NCBI GenBank assembly: GCA_963728915.1
Contig: CAVSLV010000001.1
Coordinates: forward strand, 64,001-128,000
DNA from: an uncultured Gemmatimonadales bacterium
Lineage (GTDB): Bacteria; Gemmatimonadota; Gemmatimonadetes; Gemmatimonadales; GWC2-71-9
Direction: 5' to 3'
Length of the DNA: 64,000 nucleotides
Program-made: the position numbers and the translations under genes
Shown here: piece after piece, positions 56,384-64,000 of the stretch
Layout of the letters: each line of letters starts with the position of its first letter
Position numbering within the stretch: position 1 is the first letter of the stretch
Notes under the pieces: model-generated
Databases searched by the model: none
Told to the model about the DNA's origin: nothing
What the model saw: only the letters and a program-made list of their open reading frames with translations

Positions 56384-57237
56384 ACGCGGTGACGGTGGCC
56401 GATCTGATCGACGGCGCCGCCAGCAGGCTCCGCGCCGCCGGGGTCGTCAAGCCGCGCCGTGAAGCGAACCGGCTCTGGGCCTGGCAGCACCGGCTCAATC
56501 CGGGCGAGAGCTGGCTCACCCGGGAGCAGGCCGCCGGGGCCGAGCCGGCCCGGGCTTTCGAGGAGGCGGTGGAGCGGCGGGTTAGGGGAGAGCCGCTCGC
56601 GTATGTCCTCGGACACGTCGGGTTCCGCCGGCTCGAGATTCGCTGCGACCGGCGGGCCCTGATTCCCCGGCCCGAGACGGAAGGCGTGGTCGATCTGGCC
56701 CTGTCCCTGGTTTCGGCCGGCGCCGCGCTCGATCTGGGCACCGGCACCGGCTGTCTCGGCCTGGCCCTGCGTGACGAAGCCGGCTTCGAGGTGACCGCCG
56801 TCGACAGCTCAGCCGAGGCGCTCGCCCTCGCCGCTCTGAATGCCGCGGCCACCAGGCTCCCGGTGGAGCTGGTCCAGAGCGACCTCGCCGAACGGCTTGT
56901 CGGGCGGAGATTCGACCTCATCGTCTCCAATCCGCCGTACCTGACCGAGGCCGAGTACGAGGCGCTCCCGGTGGCGGTGAAGGCCTGGGAGCCCCGCCCA
57001 GCCCTGGTGAGCGGTCCCGACGGGCTGGACCTCACCCGGCGAATCCTGGAGGATGGGCGCGAGATGCTCCTCCCGGGTGGCTGGATCGTCATGGAGATAG
57101 ATTGCGCCCGAGGAGACGCGGTTGCCCGCCTGGCCCGGGAGCTGGACTGGCAGGACATCCGGGTCGAGCCCGACCTGTTCGGGCGCGATCGGTACCTCGC
57201 CGCGCGGCGCGCGGCCAACAGCGGAGGGGTGGGATGA
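56380..57237 (+). CDS. prmC: Release factor glutamine methyltransferase
   Basis: GEPLAYVLG, LIPRPETE, DLGTGTG and SNPPY. Confidence 0.95.
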   Translation: MNAVTVADLIDGAASRLRAAGVVKPRREANRLWAWQHRLNPGESWLTREQAAGAEPARAFEEAVERRVRGEPLAYVLGHVGFRRLEIRCDRRALIPRPETEGVVDLALSLVSAGAALDLGTGTGCLGLALRDEAGFEVTAVDSSAEALALAALNAAATRLPVELVQSDLAERLVGRRFDLIVSNPPYLTEAEYEALPVAVKAWEPRPALVSGPDGLDLTRRILEDGREMLLPGGWIVMEIDCARGDAVARLARELDWQDIRVEPDLFGRDRYLAARRAANSGGVG

Positions 57238-57584
57238 TCGAGGAAAAGGCGCAGGACCTCGGGCGGTTGATCGGCCAATCCTCCGAATATCAGACGCTGC
57301 GGCGCGCCGAGAAGATCCTCCAGGAGGATGCCACGACCCGGGGAAGGCTCGAGAAGATCGACCAGCTTGCCCGGAAGATCGATGAACAGGTGACGCAGAA
57401 GAAGCTGCCGGAGGAAGCCACCATGATGGAATACGAAACCGCGGTCCGCGACCTGGAAACCAGCCCGGAAGGACAGGCGTACGTCGTGGCCCGGGCGAAC
57501 TACGAGAAGCTGATGTCGAAGGTGAATCAGGAGATGGCCGCCGGCATGGAGCGCGGCGCCGCGAGCAGCATCATCACCCTGTGA
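57234..57584 (+). CDS. YlbF/YmcA (Com_YlbF)-like helical protein
   Basis: MIEEKAQDLGRLIGQSSEY...P...AYVVARANYEKLMSKVNQEM matches the YlbF-family pattern. 4-nt overlaps with both neighbours. Confidence 0.75.
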   Translation: MIEEKAQDLGRLIGQSSEYQTLRRAEKILQEDATTRGRLEKIDQLARKIDEQVTQKKLPEEATMMEYETAVRDLETSPEGQAYVVARANYEKLMSKVNQEMAAGMERGAASSIITL

Positions 57585-58216
57585 GCGGATTTTTCGTTGT
57601 CCTGGAAGGCCCCGAAGGCGCGGGCAAATCGACGCTGGCAGCGGCCCTCGCCGAGCGGCTGCGCCGGGCCGGGCACGACCCGTTGCTGGTGCGCGAGCCG
57701 GGCGGCACTCCCGCGGCGGAAGCACTTCGGCAGGAGCTCCTGCATGCCGACCGTCGCTGGACCCCGGAGCGGGAACTGCTCTATCTCGCAGCCGCCCGTG
57801 CCGATCTGGTCGGCCAGGTGATCCGTCCGTCGCTCGAAGCGGAGCGCATCGTGATCAGTGACCGATACGATCTCTCGACGCTGGCGTATCAGGCGGCGGG
57901 CCGGGGGCTTCCCTTGCCGATGGTTTCCTGGGTGAATGCGGCGGCCACCGGAGGACTTCGGCCGGATCTCACCCTCATCCTCGATGTACCGGTCGAGCTC
58001 GGCGCAGCGCGACAGATCGCGGCGGGTAAGACCCGGGATCGCCTTGACCGGGAGCCGGAGGAATTCCACCGGAGGGTGGCAGCCCGCTATCGGGAGGAAT
58101 CCGGCCCCGGAATCGTGCATCTCGACGCAACCCAATCCCCCGCCGAGCTCGCCAGCTCCGCCTGGCAGGCCCTGCTGGCCTCCCCCGCGATGCCAGCGTC
58201 GGCTCGCGCCTCGTAA
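57581..58216 (+). CDS. tmk: Thymidylate kinase
   Basis: FVVLEGPEGAGKST, REPGGT, SDRY...AYQ and PDLTLILDV. Confidence 0.96.
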   Translation: MSGFFVVLEGPEGAGKSTLAAALAERLRRAGHDPLLVREPGGTPAAEALRQELLHADRRWTPERELLYLAAARADLVGQVIRPSLEAERIVISDRYDLSTLAYQAAGRGLPLPMVSWVNAAATGGLRPDLTLILDVPVELGAARQIAAGKTRDRLDREPEEFHRRVAARYREESGPGIVHLDATQSPAELASSAWQALLASPAMPASARAS

Positions 58217-58219
58217 ATC

Positions 58220-59482
58220 ATGACCATGCGCCGCGTACTCATCATTCTCGGGGCGGTGCTGGTGGTCATGACGGCGGCCCTGGCGCTGTGGCGCAAGACC
58301 GCCTCGAAGAGCCAGCCGGTCACCATGGTCGGGGATCGCCTGTTCGACGCGGTGTTCGCCAAGATCCGGTCGTCCCTGGTCGATCCGCTGGACGACGAAG
58401 ACCTCTACCGCCGCGCGGCGCTGGGACTGATCGGGGAGCTGGACGATCCCTATGCCTTTCTCCAGCTCCCTGGACAGCCCCGACCGATTCCGACCGATGA
58501 GCCGCTCTCACAGGGAATCTTCCTGGACCGACGTGATGGTCGGGCCATCGTGGTATCCACGATTCCCGATTCCCCCGCTGACCAGGCTGGGCTGCGGCCC
58601 GGTGACATTCTCGTCGGCATCGACACCACGGCGATTTCCGGTGGCCGGCTGGAGACCGCGGCCAGGCTGCTGGAAGGGAAGCCCGGCAGCACAGTCACCC
58701 TCCGGCTCCGGCGGGAAGGCGCACCGATCAGCGTGGACCTCCATCGGGGGACTTCGGTGGATCCTCCGGCGATTCGAGTGGCCGATCTGGGTAGCGGAAT
58801 TGCCTCGATCCGGATCACTCGGATCTCCGCCGTGGTGGCCGACACGCTGCGGAGCACGATCGAACGCTTCCAGCACGCGGGCGGGAAGAGCATCGTGCTC
58901 GACCTCCGTGGCAGTACCGAAGGAGGCAGCGACCTCGAAGCCGGGGCGAGCGTTGCCGATCTCTTCCTGAACCGCGGGACGGTCCTCGCGGTGAGCAAGA
59001 TGCGCCGCGCCAGCGGCAACCGGGATTTGACCGATACCTCGCCCTCTCCCTTTTCGGAGATGCCGGTTGCGGTGCTGATCGATCGGGGGACCGCCGGCGC
59101 GGCCGAAGCGATCGCCGGGGCTCTCCAGGACCACGACCGGGCCATCGTCCTCGGCACGGCGAGTTACGGACGAGGAGCGACCTGGAGCAGCTACAGTCTG
59201 GGGAACGGGGCCACTCTGACCCTGACGACGGCGCTCTGGATGACTCCGAATGGCCGGCAGATTCAGCGGCTCTCCGAAACCTCCGATGGAAACACCCCGG
59301 CCGATACCACCCGCCCCAGCGTCAAGAGCGATCGGGGCAGGGTACTTCTCGGGGGAGGAGGCATTGTTCCGGATCGACAATTCGCGGAAGCGAATGGGGA
59401 TGCGGTCCTCGCGGAAGCCCGGAGGATTCTGCTGCGGGCCACTACTCCCGAGAACGTCTTTGCCTCAGTGGGTCTGAGATAG
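58220..59482 (+). CDS. S41A (CtpA-like) PDZ protease homologue with substituted catalytic dyad
   Basis: TM anchor, LDDPYA, PDZ (SPADQAGLRPGD), VLDLR, GTAGAAEAIAGALQDHDRA, GTASYGRG, TPNGRQI and GGIVPD. Confidence 0.88.
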   Translation: MTMRRVLIILGAVLVVMTAALALWRKTASKSQPVTMVGDRLFDAVFAKIRSSLVDPLDDEDLYRRAALGLIGELDDPYAFLQLPGQPRPIPTDEPLSQGIFLDRRDGRAIVVSTIPDSPADQAGLRPGDILVGIDTTAISGGRLETAARLLEGKPGSTVTLRLRREGAPISVDLHRGTSVDPPAIRVADLGSGIASIRITRISAVVADTLRSTIERFQHAGGKSIVLDLRGSTEGGSDLEAGASVADLFLNRGTVLAVSKMRRASGNRDLTDTSPSPFSEMPVAVLIDRGTAGAAEAIAGALQDHDRAIVLGTASYGRGATWSSYSLGNGATLTLTTALWMTPNGRQIQRLSETSDGNTPADTTRPSVKSDRGRVLLGGGGIVPDRQFAEANGDAVLAEARRILLRATTPENVFASVGLR

Positions 59483-59905
59483 CCCCTGCCGGTCCAGCGT
59501 GACGTCGTAGAGGGCGTTCCCAATTCTCTCGCTGACCAGCTGCAGGGACGTGCCGATCCGGCTCCAGGCAGCTTGGCGGACGAACGTGTCGGTATTCTGA
59601 TCGAAGCTGACCGTGAGTCCGGTGATCGTGGTGGAACCGGCCATGCTCGCGTTGGCCGGCCCGCCGGGCACGGTCGCCGGGAGGACCAGGGTTCCGGTGG
59701 TTGCGCCGTTCTGGTCGATCGCAATCGTGAGTGAGGCCCCGGCCGCCAGGACGTCGATGAACGGCTGACCATCCGGCGTCACTCGGAAGAAGGTCGCCTG
59801 GTAGGTTCCTGTCGAGAACGTCGTTCCGGTAACGAGCTCACTGCCGCCGCCGCATCCCGCGACCGCGACCAGCATCAGGCCCGCCGAGAGCACGGTTCCG
59901 CGCAT
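59465..59905 (-). CDS. Hypothetical beta-rich lipoprotein
   Basis: MRGTVLSAGLMLVAVAGC lipobox. Confidence 0.75.
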   Translation of the reverse strand: MRGTVLSAGLMLVAVAGCGGGSELVTGTTFSTGTYQATFFRVTPDGQPFIDVLAAGASLTIAIDQNGATTGTLVLPATVPGGPANASMAGSTTITGLTVSFDQNTDTFVRQAAWSRIGTSLQLVSERIGNALYDVTLDRQGLSQTH

Positions 59906-59943
59906 CGATTGAAAATCCTTTCCTGCTGGGGACTCGGGACGGA

Positions 59944-60611
59944 CTACTGGTCGATGATCCGGACTCCTGGAGGCCGGTCAAAAACGAACATCCTTCGATC
60001 GATCGGAGTGTTGGGAAGCAGCCGGGTCAGGGTCAGCACCCGCCAGACCCCAGGCGATTCCTCGAGCTCGATACGCCGGGGAAGCCAATCCTCCCGGCCA
60101 AGCCAGAGCACGGCCCGGAGAAAATTGACGTTGGCGCCCCGGGGAACGATCGAAACGACCTCGAGGGGATGCCCGCCCAGCGTGTCGGCCCGGAGCCAGG
60201 TGCTGGTGTACCGGTCAGCAGGGCGGTCCAGAATCCGCGCCAGCAGGTTCACCCCATACACCGGGTCCGTCTCCATGCGCATCCGGATAACCTGGCCCGG
60301 ATTGGTGCTTGGCGTGTAGACCCAGACGTACTCGCCATCGATCACGATCGCTTCGCCGGGCGGATCGCTGAACCGCATCGCGAACGCGTTGTCGCCCGCC
60401 TGGTACAGCTTCCCGGTAGAGGTAAGCGTATCTCCGAGACCGGGATCCTTGATGACCTGGATGAAGTCGGCCTGGAGCGAAGTGAGGCCGCGGTAGGCCG
60501 CTCCGGCTCTCCTCACGATCGCGACGGGGTCCGGATTCTGGCCCGCCAGGGGGCTGGCGGTCCCGAGGGCGGCACCGAGCAGCCACACCAGCCGACCGGT
60601 CCGGGCACGCT

Positions 60612-60615
<4 letters not shown>
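59944..60615 (-). CDS. lolA: Outer-membrane lipoprotein carrier LolA family
   Basis: Signal peptide; SLQADFIQ, GEAIVIDGEYVWVYTP...QV and MFVFDRPPGVRIIDQ. Confidence 0.88.
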
Positions 60616-61634
<1,019 letters not shown>

Positions 61635-61649
61635 CAGGAAGGCGAAGAG

Positions 61650-64000
61650 CTACTCGCCCATCGCTCCCACGCCGGCCGGCTCGTGCAACCGAACCCCGAC
61701 GATCGTCGAGACCCCGGGCTCCTGCATGGTCACGCCGTAGACCGCATCGGCGGCCTGCATGGTCCGCGGGTTGTGGGTGATGACGACGAACTGGGTATTC
61801 TGCTTGAACTCGTCGAGCAGGGTGGTGAATCGTCCCACGTTGGCGTCGTCGAGCGGCGCGTCCACCTCGTCGAGCAGGCAGAAGGGACTCGGCTTCGACA
61901 GGTAGATGCTGAAGAGGAGGGACGCGGCCACCAGGGTGCGTTCGCCGCCGGAGAGCAGATGGATCCGCTGGACCCGTTTGCCCCGCGGGGCCGCGTGAAT
62001 GTCGATCTCGCTCTCGAGCGGATCGGAAGGGTCGGCCAGGCGAAGCTGGCATTCTCCCCCTCCGAACAAGGTCTGGAACACCTGCTGGAAGTTCTGCTGG
62101 ATCGCGGTGAAGGTGTCCAGGAACATGCTCCGCGCCGTGGTATCGATCTCCTTGATGGCCTGGAGGAGCGACTGTCGCGCTGCGACGAGGTCGTCCCGCT
62201 GGCTGGTGAGGAATTCGAGCCGCTTCGATTCTTCGGCGTGTTCTTCCACCGCGAGCGCATTGACCGGGCCGATCGCGTCGAGTGACGCGGCAATCCGGGC
62301 CGCTTCGATCTCGAGAGCCTCGCGGTCCAGATCCAGCGCTTCGGCCTCCGCGGACAGCGCCTCGAAGGACTGCCGCCATTCGGCTTCGACCCGGTCGGTG
62401 ATGCTCCGGCGGGTCCCCCCGGCCTCGGTGAGCTCCACTTCGAGCTGGTGGAACAGCTCGCCGGCGCTCTCCAGCTCGGCCCGTTGCCGCTGGACGTCGA
62501 CTTCGATCGTGGCGAGCCGGGCCGCCGCTTCGGCGAGTGCCGCTTCGGATTCGGCGCTGGCCCGCTCCAGTGCCTCGAGGGTGCGGCTCCGCTCTTCGCG
62601 CTGCTCCCGCCAGTCGCGTTCCTGGCCGACGAGGGTAGCCCCTTCCTCGGACAGCTTGACGATGTCGCCGGCCAGGCTCCGGGCCTCGGTTTCGGCGCCC
62701 GCGATGGTTTCCGCCGCGCGGCGAGCCCGATCTTCCGCGGCGCGAACCCGCGCGGCGAGGTGGGCTTCGCGGACCTGCCACCCGACCCGATCCTCCCGGG
62801 CGGATTCCTGTTCCGCTTCGCGCGCCTGGAGGACCCCGCGTGCTTCCTCGAGCAGAAGGGCGTCCGCCGATCCCTTCCGGGTGGCTTGGTCCAATCCGAC
62901 CTGGATGTCCCGAAGCCTGGTTTCGGTCCGCGCGATTCGCTGTTCGAGCGCGGCGCGCTGGGTTTCCCGCTCGCCCAGCTCGCGGGTGAGATTCTGTACC
63001 AGGCGAGCGGCGTCCTCCCGCTCCGCCACGGCGTGATGGCGGGACTCGCGCATCTGTTCGGACCGGGTCATCGCCTGGACGGCTTCCTGCTCGAGCGCGA
63101 CCAGCCGCTGCTCCGCGGCGGTGAGGCGGGCGACGGCTTCGCGGTGGGCGGACTCCTGCTTGTCGATCTCGCCGGCCAGGTTCGCGATGTCGGCACGGCG
63201 GCGGAGCGGCCCGACCGCCCCGGCCCCGCCGGCGAGGAGAATGGCCCCGCTGGCTCGCCGGAGGGCCTGGCCGCGTTCGTCGATCAGCTCCGAGCCGGAA
63301 AGCAGGGCTTCAACCCATCGATGGGCCGGTCCCTCCGCCTGCAGTCTGCGCTCCAGCGGACTCGGCCCGTGGCCGTTGCCCCGCGGGCCCGGATCGACCG
63401 GAAGGAGCAGCACGGCGCCGGGCTGCGATTCGGCGTGCCATTGCCGGATCGAGTCCACCGCATGCGCGTCCCGCACCAGCACCGCGTGCATCCATTCGCC
63501 CAGCAGGCGTTCGGCCAGCTCGGCGGTTTCGGGGTCGGTGCTCAGGAAGTCGCTCAGCGGTCCTAACACGGACCCGTTGAACCGGCCCCGGGCCTCGAGC
63601 AGGGCGGCGGCGCCCGGCGCCAGGCCGACCCGGTCGCGCTCGAGCTCTTCGAGGGCGGCCCGGCGGGTGGTGAGCTGACCCAGGGTTTCCTCGAGCAGAC
63701 GTTTCCGGTTCCGCTCGGAGACCTCTTCCTCCCGGGCCGCGGCGACGTCATGGCGACCCCGCTCGGCACGATCGGCCGCGGTCAGCGCGTCGGTGGTGAC
63801 CCGATCCGCACTTTCGGACGCCTGCTGGGCGGCCGCCTCGGCCCGGCCCAGCTCGAGGCGAAGGGTCTGGATCCGCTCCGCCACCGTGGTGATCTGATCC
63901 CGGAGGGCGGAGCGTTCCTGCTCGAGCGCGGTCTGCTCACCTTCCAGGCTCCTGATTCGCTGCACCGCGCTCGCGATGGCCTCTTCGGCGAGCCTCACCT
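61650..64000 (-). CDS. smc: Chromosome segregation protein SMC (C-terminal part; 5' end outside the window)
   Basis: Hinge region, long coiled coil, IGPVNALA, LSGGE, PSPFCLLDEVDAPLD, VITHN and GVTMQEPGVS. Confidence 0.95.
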   Translation of the reverse strand, partial: VRLAEEAIASAVQRIRSLEGEQTALEQERSALRDQITTVAERIQTLRLELGRAEAAAQQASESADRVTTDALTAADRAERGRHDVAAAREEEVSERNRKRLLEETLGQLTTRRAALEELERDRVGLAPGAAALLEARGRFNGSVLGPLSDFLSTDPETAELAERLLGEWMHAVLVRDAHAVDSIRQWHAESQPGAVLLLPVDPGPRGNGHGPSPLERRLQAEGPAHRWVEALLSGSELIDERGQALRRASGAILLAGGAGAVGPLRRRADIANLAGEIDKQESAHREAVARLTAAEQRLVALEQEAVQAMTRSEQMRESRHHAVAEREDAARLVQNLTRELGERETQRAALEQRIARTETRLRDIQVGLDQATRKGSADALLLEEARGVLQAREAEQESAREDRVGWQVREAHLAARVRAAEDRARRAAETIAGAETEARSLAGDIVKLSEEGATLVGQERDWREQREERSRTLEALERASAESEAALAEAAARLATIEVDVQRQRAELESAGELFHQLEVELTEAGGTRRSITDRVEAEWRQSFEALSAEAEALDLDREALEIEAARIAASLDAIGPVNALAVEEHAEESKRLEFLTSQRDDLVAARQSLLQAIKEIDTTARSMFLDTFTAIQQNFQQVFQTLFGGGECQLRLADPSDPLESEIDIHAAPRGKRVQRIHLLSGGERTLVAASLLFSIYLSKPSPFCLLDEVDAPLDDANVGRFTTLLDEFKQNTQFVVITHNPRTMQAADAVYGVTMQEPGVSTIVGVRLHEPAGVGAMGE

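Overview
GC-rich (roughly two-thirds G+C by eye), gene-dense bacterial chromosome segment with about 63 CDS. I saw no rRNA, tRNA, CRISPR array, integrase or transposase. Gene content and style (many lipoproteins, short RpoD-family sigma, ECF/zf-HC2 pairs, 7-8 nt repeats at gene ends) suggest Gemmatimonadota; this is inference, not a database result. Housekeeping genes are rpmE-prfA-prmC-ylbF-like-tmk, lolA, aroF, partial smc, arfB, thpR, a comM/yifB-like ATPase and pxpABC. The most notable feature is a compact four-gene operon (7667->3405): serine palmitoyltransferase-like, GNAT acyltransferase, NAD-dependent reductase and an AUR1/IPC-synthase-like PAP2 protein. It reads as a self-contained phosphosphingolipid pathway. 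Other observations: two tandem lipidated plastocyanin-like proteins divergent from a 14-Cys protein and an ECF/ZAS pair; an S41 protease homologue with both catalytic residues substituted; an M6 protease with a dockerin-like tail followed by a small lipoprotein; three palindromic operators; a GGCGGAC(N) octamer repeat family that enters gene ends; three single-base frameshifts in G/C runs; and one decayed pseudogene. Family assignments come from motif recognition only.
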